Notes: generated by a model from the sequence alone, not told the origin. A stretch of DNA of 64,000 nucleotides from Opitutales bacterium (GCA_965197745.1 CBDANS010000006.1:160001-224000); one strand, 5' to 3'; shown: positions 34,565-45,026, counted from the stretch's first letter. Numbers and translations: made by a program.

Positions 34565-34685
34565 TGACCTGCTCTCGTTTACTGAACCAGAGCCAGTGTT
34601 AGTTCCGGCAGGGTGGCAAGGGCTTTCGAGTGGTAAGGGTTTTCATTTGCTTAGACATAGCTCTCTGGGCTATGTGGTCTTTGAG
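34565..34685 (-). mobile_element. IS3 right-end fragment, probably the missing end of the type C element
   Basis: The minus strand reads CTCAAAGACCACATAGC (QRPHS)...CTGGTTCAGTAAACGAGAGCAGGTCA, an imperfect inverse of the type C IRL. Confidence 0.65.
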
Positions 34686-34840
34686 CCTTTAGTTTGGAGT
34701 TCAACTCTCTCCACTGTAATCGATTGTTAATCAACGATTTATATTAAAAATTAAGCACTTACAAATCAGTATATCGCCTAAGTCAAGAGAAATTAAATAA
34801 TAATAAATAGCGAAAAATGGGGAGCATTGGGGGAGCAGAT
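34685..34840 (-). repeat. att-like repeat copy 2
   Basis: GCCTTT-N6-GAGTTCAACTCTC, AATCAACGATTTA (IHF-like), TGGGGAGCATTGGGGGAGCA. Confidence 0.7.
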
Positions 34841-35390
34841 TCACCCACTCTCATTATATTTTTTTAACTACACTTATTGCCTACATAAGCAAATCAAGTC
34901 TGAAAATAATGAAGATGCAACTAAAGGTTCGATTCACAGATGATCGAGTCTAATATTTTACAAACACATCTCTGACTCTAAATCCAGAGATGACCGCATT
35001 TTTTGCTCATTGATTGTGACTGCGATTGCTGCCCCTATTGTAATCCTGTCGTCGAATCACTCATTGCACCGTCATTACCCGACTGCCGTACGGATCTTAA
35101 GACATGGCTTGCGAAATTCAATACACGCGACGAGGCAAACCATTCAGTCCTATCGTTTCGAGTCCCCCATCGCCGGGTTGGGCTTAAATCATCAAGCTTT
35201 ACCCAGATGATCTTGTCATCGACGAAGCGAGCGACTTTATCGGATCCGATCTTGACAAGCCCCTGAAGGACTGTGGCGTCAATACTCTTCTTATCGAGGG
35301 TTTCAGCACAACTACGGGGTACTCTTCCTCCGTGATGGAACTGGTCCACAAGGAACAAAAGAGTTTCCAGATACCAAATATGAGCCATTC

Positions 35391-36708
35391 TGATCGGGTT
35401 ACGTAAACTGGTCCACCGAGAGAGTTAGTCTGGAGAGGTTAATGTTGAAGTTAAGTTGGTAGAGGAAGTCAAGGCTTGGGCGCAATGAGGGCGTAGCCCG
35501 AATGGAGCCCAAGCCTTCGGTATTAATGTCTTCAGCGAAGCACCGTGGGGTGATATTGCCGAGGCTGCGGTGGGGTCGGACATTATTGTAAAGCCAGCGC
35601 CAGTCCTCGATCACCACGCGGGCTTCGGTCAAAGTCCATAGCTGTTCACGGTTTAAACACTCCTCGCGAAAACGGGCATGCAACGATTCGATGTATCCGT
35701 TCTGCCAAGGGCTTCCTGGTTCGATATAGAGGGTTTTGATTTTCATCGCAGTTAGCCAGGCTCTCAATTCCTTTTCAATGAATGGCTTCGCATGTCGTCG
35801 CTTCGCTCCTCGGAACGGAACCGTTGTCACTGCGAATATATTGTGGCGGCCCATGACGGGCAAGCAGTTTTTGCATGATACCGCGCACCGTTTCCGCATT
35901 GATATGGCGATCAACATGGATCACTCGACACTCGCGGGTGTACTCATCGAGCACGGTCAACATTTTTAAACTGCCACCGCGGACCGTCTTATCGTGGATA
36001 AAATCCCAGGTCCAAACATGGCCGGGATGTTCGGCCTTGGTCGGCAGCCCGGTGGAAACACCCCTGCCCCGACGTCTTGGCTTGCGTTGGGGGATCGCCA
36101 AGCCCAGTTCGCGTCGTAGACCTTGCACGAGACGTTTACCCACCTCCCAGCCTTCGTCTTTCAACAGCTTCGTGATCTTCGGATAGCCCCACCTGGCATA
36201 TTGCCGTGATAACCGCCTTACTGCCGCCTTCAGTTTCATTAACCAGGCATCCGGATGCTTCGCCTTATACGCATAGGTGGAACGGTGCAGCCGAAAGTAC
36301 CGGCACCCCGCTCGCATCGAACACTGGCCCCGAGCCACAAGTCTCTCTGCCACTTGCCGCTTGTGCCCAGGGCTTACAGTTTTTTTTCGAGGGTCTCCTG
36401 CAGGATCTCTATCCCCAGCATCTTGTCCGCCAGCATCCGTTTTAACCGCGCGTTCTCCTTCAAAGAGTTCCTTCATCCGCTTGGCCTGGTCGACATCAAT
36501 CATCCCAAACTCACGCTTCCAGCGGTGGAAAGTCTGTTCGCTAATGTTGTTCTCGCGGCATGCTTCCAGGATCGTTTTCCCTTTGTCCGCCTGCCGCAGC
36601 ATCCGTATTTTCTCTTCAGTTGTGTATCTTTTGCCTTTCATTGTCTGAGTCCTTTCTAGGTTACCCAGACTAACTTTTCAAGTGTACCAGTTTTCGTGGT
36701 CACGACCA
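35391..36708 (-). mobile_element. IS3-family element, type B copy 2 (inverted relative to copy 1)
   Basis: 1318 bp, nearly identical to 28114-29431 with the same lesions. Confidence 0.93.
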
Positions 36709-36849
36709 TGTAGGTAAAATCGGCAAAATCTTGGGCTCGATCACCTGGGAATCGAATTAGAAATTGTATCTTCATAATGTTCAGGACTTACATAATAGTT
36801 GTTGTCTCTTCTAACAATTAATAACATGCAATGAGATCATGCGACTCTC

Positions 36850-37011
36850 GCTCCCCGAATGCTCCCCACTTTTCGCTATTGCACGCTATATGCTACTATT
36901 TAATTTTACGGGGAACAAGTGAAATATTGATTCATAAGTACTTAATAATTAATATATAGTGTTAATTAATAGGTAGTTATATATTGGAGAGTTGAACTCC
37001 GTAACAAAGGC
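36850..37011 (+). repeat. att-like repeat copy 3
   Basis: GCTCCCCGAATGCTCCCCA...TGATTCATAAGTACTTA...GGAGAGTTGAACTC-N6-AAAGGC. Confidence 0.7.
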
Positions 37012-37172
37012 TTTAAAAGCCCACAAGAGTTTATCACATTCCTTTCCGCTCTTGCCCGCGTTCGGGCTACGCCCTCACTTCGCCAAGATCTCTCATATAC
37101 ATCAATCCTAAAACCATTAATACCCGGGAACTCTCTCACTTAATAATTGGTACGAAAAACGGGGTCCGATCA
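37008..37172 (+). mobile_element. Right-end fragment of a type A IS3
   Basis: AGGCTTTAAAAGCCCACAAGAG (GFKSPQEF)...CGGGGTCCGATCA. Confidence 0.85.
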
Positions 37173-37624
37173 TGGGGAATAAATTATTACACTAAAAGCT
37201 TATAATTCTTTGGATTTTTAAACCTCCACTTCACAGGCTTAAGTAAACTTACTATCGGCAATAAGGGCAATAAGCCTTTAGATGACTAACCTCCATAGTG
37301 TTTCATCAGTAGTGGAATCATATTAGATATTGACCGGATTCTATAATTAATTTCTCGGTTTATATATGCCAATTTACTATACAATAAGAAGATGGCGACT
37401 CCTTGTAATATACTCAATTATAGGCGGTCTTTTTTCATTGATAGATATTAACTTAATCTTTCTGACGCAAATTATGATGAATTGATTAAATTATATTACT
37501 GTCTCTTTTCCGTTGGAATTATAATTGTCAACCAAATATCTAGAGTTATACTTTATCATTTCAGATTTATTTTAACCTATCCCCCATTTATAATATCAGT
37601 AATCGTTGCGCTGCTTATTACCCT

Positions 37625-38954
37625 TGGTCGTATCCACGAAAACTGGGGCACTTGAAAAGTTAGTCTGGTCAACTTAGAAAGGACTAAGACGATGAAAGGG
37701 AAAAGATACGGGTATTGCGGAAAGCAAACAGAGGGAAATCGATCCAGGAAGTGTGCCGCGAGAGAAATATCAGCGAGCAGACGTTTCACCGATGGAAACG
37801 AGAGTTCGGGATGATTGATGTGAATCAGGCCAAACAGCTGAAAGAGCTGAAGTTGGAGAACGCACGGTTAAAGCGGATGCTGGCGGACAAGCCGCTGGGC
37901 ATGGAGATTCTACTGGAGACTCATGAAAAAAAACGGTAAGCCTTGAGCATAAGCGTCAATTGGCAGAGAGATTTGTAGTTTGGGGCCGGTGTTCGATGCG
38001 AGAGGTGTGCCGATATTTTCGCCTGCACCGTTCCCCCTATGCGTATAAGGTTGGGTAACCGGACGCGTAGTTGATGAAGTTGAAAGCGGCCATACGACGA
38101 CTATCACGGCAATACGCCAGCTGGGGCTATCCAAAGATCACGAAGCTGTTGAAAGACGATGGATGGCAGGTGGGTAACCGTCTTGTGCAACGCTTGCGTA
38201 ACGAACTGGACTTAGCAATCCCGCAGCGCAAACCGAAACGCCGGTGCAGGGGCGTCTCCACAGGATTATCTACGGTTGCCGATCATCCCAACCACGTATT
38301 TACCTGGGACTTCATCCACGATAAGACGATTCGTGGTGGCAGTCTTAAGATGCTGACGATACTCGATGTCCCGAGGAGCTGAAAGCAAGGACACTCGAGC
38401 GAAGCGAAGACATGTACGCGTGAATACCTGCTGATTCATGTCGACCGTCATATTAATGCACGGTGCGTACGCACCACCATGCAGAAACTGATCGACCGAC
38501 ATGGACTTCCGCAATGCATTCGTAGTGACAGCGATTCGGTTCCGAGGAGCAAAGCGACGACATGCAAGGCCATTTATTGAAAGCGAATTAAGAGCTTGGC
38601 TGGCGTTCGTGAACATCAAAACCATCTACATTGAACCAGGGAGTCCTTGGCAAAACGGCTACATCGAATCATTCCACGCCCGTTTTCGAGAAGAGTCTTT
38701 AAATCGTGAGCAGTTATGGACGTTGACTGAGGCTCGCGTGGTTATCGAAGATTGACTCTGGCTCTATTACACTGTCCGCACAAACCTTAGTCTCAATAAT
38801 ATTACTCCGAGGTGCTTTGCCGAGGATGCCTATAAACAAGGCTCGGGCTCCACTCGGGCTTACGCCTCGTTGCGGCCAAGCCCTGTACTTCCTCTACCAA
38901 CTTAAACCTCTCCAGACTAACTTTCTAGGTGGACCAGTTTGCGTATCCTGACCA
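37625..38954 (+). mobile_element. IS3-family element, divergent type B' copy, degenerate
   Basis: IRL TGGTCGTATCCACGAAAACTGG, IRR CCAGTTTGCGTATCCTGACCA. Several stops and both micro-insertions. Confidence 0.9.
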
Positions 38955-39019
38955 ATTATTCTTGATTAATAAAACGCACGCATAGGCTTGTTCAGGGAAT
39001 TACCCGGGCATTTACATAA

Positions 39020-39050
39020 TTGACAATTCGCAAGTAAGACGTCATCTTAC
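39020..39050 (+). promoter_or_regulatory. vapBC promoter/operator
   Basis: TTGACA followed by the inverted repeat GTAAGA-CGTCA-TCTTAC just before the antitoxin ATG. Confidence 0.6.
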
Positions 39051-39055
39051 TTACA

Positions 39056-39289
39056 ATGAAAACTGTCATCTCATCGGAAGGTCAAATCGTCATTCCAGTC
39101 GCGTTTCGCGATCAAGACAAAATCGAACCTGGTCAAGCGTTTGATATTGAACGGGTAGATAGAGGCGAATATCGTTTGGCTGTAGCTGACCCCCCGAAGA
39201 ACCAGGGACTGTTGAGTATGCTCCTTGCATGTCCTGTTAAGGGTTGGTTTGTGCCGATCGAATCGGAGTCTACTGACTCACTCGGCTAA
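39056..39289 (+). CDS. vapB: AbrB/MazE/SpoVT-family antitoxin
   Basis: MKTVISSEGQIVIPVAFRDQDKIEPGQ, directly upstream of a PIN toxin. Confidence 0.85.
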   Translation: MKTVISSEGQIVIPVAFRDQDKIEPGQAFDIERVDRGEYRLAVADPPKNQGLLSMLLACPVKGWFVPIESESTDSLG

Positions 39290-39294
39290 CCCTC

Positions 39295-39702
39295 ATGGCG
39301 TGTCTCGTTGATGCCAACGTGCTGTGCGAAGCGACTAAACCGAGCCCTGATTTGAGGGTTATCGAGTGGTTGACGCGTAACGAACGCGACTTGGCAATTG
39401 ATCCAGTGATCCTGGGTGAAGTTCGCTTCGGGGTCCTTCTTCTTCCCTCTGGGCAACGGCGACAAGATCTCGAACGTTGGTTCGACGAGATTGCCCGTCG
39501 CATTCACTGTGTACCGTGGAATGCCGAGACAGGGTTGCGCTGGGCCGAACTCCTAGCGCATCTGCGTTCTCTCGGGAAACCGATGCCAATAAAGGACAGC
39601 CTTATTGCCGCAACGGCTCTCGCTAACGGATTCCAGTTAGCTACACGAAATCGTCGAGATTTCGAAGCCAGTGGCGTAGAACTCGTCGCTCCATTTGTTT
39701 GA
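39295..39702 (+). CDS. vapC: PIN-domain toxin
   Basis: LVDANVLCE, ILGEVRFG, DSLIAATAL, LATRNRRDF. Confidence 0.92.
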   Translation: MACLVDANVLCEATKPSPDLRVIEWLTRNERDLAIDPVILGEVRFGVLLLPSGQRRQDLERWFDEIARRIHCVPWNAETGLRWAELLAHLRSLGKPMPIKDSLIAATALANGFQLATRNRRDFEASGVELVAPFV

Positions 39703-39845
39703 AGGCGACGGTGAGTAAGTTTCGATTGGGACCCCAACCAAATCAGGATCAGCATAACGAGCTGAAATAGGGGATTATCATTGACCAGCTTTTGCCTATT
39801 TTAGGAAGCAGACTCCACACTAAAAATAAAGAGGAGTGGCACATA

Positions 39846-40120
39846 ATGATAGCAGAGGATAAGATAAGCCCAACTCCACCTATAGAGAGGTTGCAGATCA
39901 AGTTCTTCAATGAAATGGGAAGTAGCCAGAACGCTTTGGCGAAGGTGATTAAGGTACTTTCTTCAAGGGGCGGCGGATGGTAACGGTAGATACGGAAATG
40001 CAGCTTGGACTTTATTTCGGGACAACCGCTGTGGTGCCGATGGACTTGCAGACTAATGACTATTTGCGCCCGGCGCTAATGATTAGGATGGTGCGATTGG
40101 ATACCAGCGCAGTGCCGTAA
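39846..40120 (+). pseudogene. HigA-like antitoxin remnant
   Basis: MGSSQNALAKVIKV...DTEMQLGLYFGTTA..MDLQ, in broken frames. Confidence 0.6.
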
Positions 40121-40990
40121 GGAAGGTGGAAATAAGATTTTACTTTAATGTGTTGCCTATAAGCAACACAGGTACGATAATGGTCGCGACGCTGACGAAG
40201 AACAGGTTGCCACCCACTGGCTCAGACGAACTGGTGCAACAGGAAATGCCGAGCACAACGATCAAGGAGGTACGGATATTAACAAGCTGGAGCGACAGAT
40301 TACCGTATTAATGGGTGTTCTCCGAGAATGAGTAGTAGATATCTCCTAATCCGACATTGCCGCTATGCGTATGCACATTGATGTGCAGAGTTACCAGGTC
40401 CATACTACTATTTACAACGGTGCAGGCGAAGGTTTGCGGTTCGGTCGATGCGAACAGGTTGCGAAGACTCTCGATGCTGTCTAGTTCGGCGTCAGCAGAC
40501 TGAAAATAGGCGCGAATTTCATCGAACGATTTATCGCAGTAGTCACCGCGGGTATTGCAGCGGCGTCTTCGGATAAGATCAGACGCAGTTAGGTTTCGAC
40601 ATCCATAAACACCGTATTCTGGTTTCTCCAATCGACCGACAAGCTTGCCTTTATGCGGGAGGATCTTGAGTTTTCTGAGCGGTGATGCTGTCCAGTCGAA
40701 GGGTTTAATGGTTATTGGAACGCCACGCACGTAACCAGCCTTGTGCCGCTCAAGCGCCCACGCCAATTCTTTTTTTTAGCAATAATGGGAAGCAATAAAG
40801 TCTGGGCTGACCAATGGAAGGAAGAGATAGCAAGATTCGAGTTGTTATGGAATTTCTTGATTGAGGTCCCCACCTGCCAAGATTTCTCGGTCAAACCATT
40901 CGATGAATCTGCCCTAGCGGCGGAGCATCGCGAGATGCATGTGAAGGCGATCCAGAACCTTATCGGCTTTGTGCGACTATGAGATGGACT
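40100..40990 (-). pseudogene. TIR-domain protein with several nonsense and frameshift lesions (3' end approximate)
   Basis: SHKADKVLDRLHMHLAMLRR*GRFIEWFDREILAGG...FLPLVSPDFIASHYC*KKELAWALERHKAG...PFDW. Confidence 0.78.
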
Positions 40991-41406
40991 GTACTAGTTA
41001 CGATAAGATCTGGCAGCGAATCATTGTACAGGAAAGTGAACAGTTCATACAAATTAACGGCAGTGAATTAGCGTACTCGACATATGGGGCAGTGCTCATT
41101 CTAGGTCGCAAAAATTAAAATATATTCCAAAGATCCATTTCCGAGAATCAAGTGGATTGATTCCTCTAGAAAATACCAGGCTCGTACGGGATCTGCACGG
41201 CCCATCGTATATTTATGCAGTTTTAATGGATCACCATATCTGGCTGGAGAATTGAAGCATGTAAAGGCCGTATTACCAAAATATATCGCTGGTTGCTTAC
41301 ATCCTATGCGCTCAATATTCCTCGCGTGTTTGATGTGGCGAAAAGCTTGTCGTCGGTTAATATTAACTAAAATCGTTAATACACCAAACCGTCAAATTGA
41401 CCTTCG

Positions 41407-42042
41407 ATGATACTTGATATCACTAACCTAATGAAGGGCTTATCTTCAGAGCGCCCAATCTTTCATACAGAAGCAGACTTCCAACACGCACTCGCGTGGT
41501 ATATTCACAAGAAGATGCCAGATTGTCAGCTTCGCTTGGAGTTAAAGCCTTTCAAGAATGAAAGGAAGTACTTGGATATTTGGCTTCGGGGCATGGGAAT
41601 CGCGATTGAACTGAAGTACAAAACTAAAAAACTGGTGTACTGTGGTGATGAGCCCTTTGCTCTCCGCAATCAATATGCTCAAGACTTCGGCCGATACGAC
41701 TTCATCAAGGATATTTGCCGGCTGGAGCAAGTAGTAACTCATTTTGAGACAGCCAAGGTCGCGTTCGCGATATTGCTAACAAACGATTCGTCCTATTGGG
41801 AACTATCGAAACCAGATCTCGAGGATGCTGCCTTCCATCTCAACAATGGGACGAAGATTATGGGCAAAAGGGAATGGTCCATGAAGGCCGACCTAGAAAA
41901 GAAGAAAGGCAGAAAAATGCCGTTATGTCTAGAAGGGGCCTATGATTGTGTCTGGCGAAATTACTCATCCCCTAAATTCGTGGAAGGAAAGAACCGGCAG
42001 TTCCAATATCTAATGGTAAAAGTGCCATGTCCAGGAACGTAA
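41407..42042 (+). CDS. Hypothetical protein, putative PD-(D/E)XK nuclease fold
   Basis: FHTEADFQHALAW...LDIW...IAIELKYKT...RYDFIKDICRLE. Confidence 0.6.
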   Translation: MILDITNLMKGLSSERPIFHTEADFQHALAWYIHKKMPDCQLRLELKPFKNERKYLDIWLRGMGIAIELKYKTKKLVYCGDEPFALRNQYAQDFGRYDFIKDICRLEQVVTHFETAKVAFAILLTNDSSYWELSKPDLEDAAFHLNNGTKIMGKREWSMKADLEKKKGRKMPLCLEGAYDCVWRNYSSPKFVEGKNRQFQYLMVKVPCPGT

Positions 42043-42357
42043 CGCTACAGACACCTATTTAGTCGCCGAGCCATCGGAAGTGGTGGAGTTGTGAAAGTCG
42101 CCCACAGATCCTATCGCAGTTTTAAGGGAATGTCGGTCTCGGCCAATGCAAGCTCTTGCAACTAAATTATCTCTTCTTTCTCGATGAGATAACGAGATTA
42201 TCTTTTCAATCTTTAAGACGTGAATTCGTTTAGGTGTCCTATGACGATAATATGAATCATTCCACCACCTTCTCAGCTAACACCTTTTTTCTACTGTAAC
42301 CCCACCCCTATAGATGATCAACCCGGCTGCACGCAGAGCGGGTCGTTACCCAATTCA

Positions 42358-43609
42358 GAGCTTCAACTTGCGGGGCACGACCTATCATGCCATACCAGCG
42401 GCTTACCAGTGGTAGAATCAAGGACGCAATCGTGTAATCTGGGCGGATTATTCAGGTCGGCGCAAGCTTGATTCAGTTGCTTCTGAGTTAGCCCTTTAAC
42501 TGGCGATTTGTTTCCATTGCCAGGATAACACAGCTTCGCACCGGATAGATTCGATTTAAAAGATTTGCCCCAGAAAGGTCTGCGTTCTTTAGAAACGCTT
42601 CGGATAAATTTGCCATCACAAGTTCTGAATCACACAGCTTCGCGTTAGCAAGGTTTGCACCCTCTAGAAACGCACCAGACAGATTCACCCCCACAAGGCC
42701 CGAACAGTAAAATTTTGCGCTCTGGCATTGTGCGTTAGACAAGTTGGAGCCCCAAAGATCTGTGTGTGAAAGACTCGCCTCCCTGAAGTTCGCACTGGAC
42801 AGATCTGCGTCCTTGAGCATCAACCCATGTAAATTAGCAGAGCTAAAATCCAAGTTAAACCTCTCTTTATTTTCGAGATCAATACCTTCTTTACTGCGAT
42901 CTCCGATAGCTTCCATAATTGCCTGAATATCTTTACCGAGGAGGAGGTCGGTAGCCTCTCTGGATATGGGTGGATTGCATACAAAGGCACAGAACTGACG
43001 CATGATCTGAATGTGATATTGCTCGAGATATTCCCTGGCTAGGTATTGCAACACGTAAATGCCGTTTAAACGCTCCAAGAGAACAGGGCTGAGCATTAAT
43101 TTTGTACCCTCCTGAGGTGTGTCTATCGAGGTCTCGCTACCGCCCATTTATGCAATCTCGTCGGGCTTGGCTATATCAGTCGAGCTACCTCGTCTCAAGT
43201 ATACTGTATTCTTTTCGAGTTTACCAAATTTGGTAGTGAGGTAAACGGGGCGCTTCTGGACCGCTATCGAAATGACTCCAATTTTGTCGCCGTTAATTAA
43301 GTGGGTATGGTATGAGAACTTAATTGACCGCTGAATTTTAGAGTTAACAAATTGCTGGAGCTGTGAGTCGTCCAGATCTTTTGAGATACCAACAACCTTA
43401 CTCCGCCCGCCTTTTCTCTCCTCCACACCGATCAGAACGTACGCAGTTTTATCGCGCTAGGCATTAGTGAAAGCGAGGATATCCTTGAGTAACTCACTTC
43501 TGGCATTCTTATCCGCTCCTTCGAACGGATACCGAGAACTCTTAAAGTCAAGGGTAATCCCTTCATCCTCATGGAGTAGCTGCTCAATGAAATTAGGATC
43601 TAAGGGCAT
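42358..43609 (-). pseudogene. AlbA_2 (Schlafen-like) domain fused to pentapeptide repeats
   Basis: From ATG 43609: EDEGITLDFKS...ELLKDILAFTNA*...YVLIGVEE...YLRRGSST..PDEIA*MG, then in frame A(N/D)LS repeats. Frameshift near 42555. Confidence 0.8.
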
Positions 43610-43670
43610 CAGTTAAATTCTATATGATTTATGAACTGGCTTATAGGTCTTTCCATCTTCCCTGTCAAGG

Positions 43671-45026
43671 TGATCGGGTTAGGCAAACTGGTCCACCGGG
43701 AGAGTTAGTCTGGAGAAGTTAATGTTGAAGTTAAGTTGGTAGAGGAAGTCAAGGGTTGGGCGCAATGAGGGCGTAGCCCGAATGGAGCCCGAGCCTTCGG
43801 TCTTGAGGTTTTCAGCGAAGCGCTGTGGGGTGATGTTGCCGAGACTGCGGTGGGGGCGGACATTATTGTAAAGCCAGCGCCAATCCTCGATCACTACACG
43901 TGCTTCGGTTAAAGTCCATAGCTGTTCACGGTTTAAGTACTCCTCACGGAAACGGGCATGGAACGACTCGATGAAACCGTTTTGCCAGGGACTGCCCGGA
44001 TCGATATATATCGCCTTGATCTTTTTGTCGGACAACGACTGCTGCACTTGATGAGCAATGAATGGCTTCGCATGTCGTCGCTTCGCTCCTCGGAACACTG
44101 CCGTTGTCACTACGGATATAGCTGGGAGCTCCCTCCTTTTCAATGGCCTCGCTAAGCACAGAGAGGACATCCGATGAGGGGAGTTCACGAGCGACCCGGA
44201 TATCCAGACATTCACGCGTATATGTCTTCGCTTCGCTTGAGTGTCGTCGCTTTCAGCTCCTCGGTACATCGATCAGAGTCATCATCTTTAATGGACCGCC
44301 ATGGTCTGTGCGATCATGGACAAAGTCCCAGGACCAAAGGTGATTGCGACCGGTTGCTTTAGTAGGCGACCCCGTAGAGACCCCTTGACGGTGTCTACGC
44401 TTTTTAGGTGGCTTTACCTGCAACCCTTCTGAACGTCGTACCGCCTGAACAAACTTCCTGTTTGTTGTCCAGCCTTCCTTTACGAGCAAGGCACGGATGC
44501 GCCGGTAACCGTAGCAGGGATGTTCCCAGGACAGGGTTATAATCCGCTCGGCCAACCGCTGAGCTTTCTTACTGGCCTGCTTGGGCTGGTAGCTGAAAGT
44601 TGACCAACTGAGGCTGAGGTAGGAACAAGCCCTTCGCAACGAGCACAGCCCTCTCTCAGCCGCATCTTTTACTACTCGCTTCTTCTGCTTGGGGCTCACC
44701 ACTTTTTTGACAGCGTTTCCTCCATTACCTGATTCTTAAGCATTTGATCAGCGAGCATCTTCTTCAACTCGGTGTTTTCTTTTTCCAGCTCTTTAAATCG
44801 CTTCGCATCGGCTAGTTCCAAATTGCCATACTTTTTACCCCAGCGATAGAAGGTCTGTTCACTCACGTTGTTGCCTCGGCAGATTTCCTCTACCGTTTTT
44901 CCGGTATCGGCTTGCCGCAGTATTGCGATGATCTGTTCTGTTGTGTATCTTTTTCTTTTCATGAGGTTATCTGTTTATCCCGATAACCTCTCTCTGTTAA
45001 TGATACCATTTTTGGGGGTCACTCCA
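43671..45026 (-). mobile_element. Chimeric IS3: type A left part, type B right part
   Basis: Type A IRL, orfA and orfB up to GFIESFH, then type B ARFREE.LNREQLW and the type B IRR. Carries both micro-insertions. Confidence 0.9.

Larger units (their letters stand above)
12656..45026. mobile_element. Eroded genomic island / IS accumulation zone (right boundary approximate)
   Basis: Begins at the secretin break with a recombinase. AT-rich spacers, dense IS copies, att-like repeats and pseudogenes. Intact housekeeping-type genes resume at 45103. Confidence 0.7.

Noticed and set aside
35035..35388. 117-aa ORF beside IS B2
   Set aside because: It starts at the IS junction and has no recognisable family; left uncalled.
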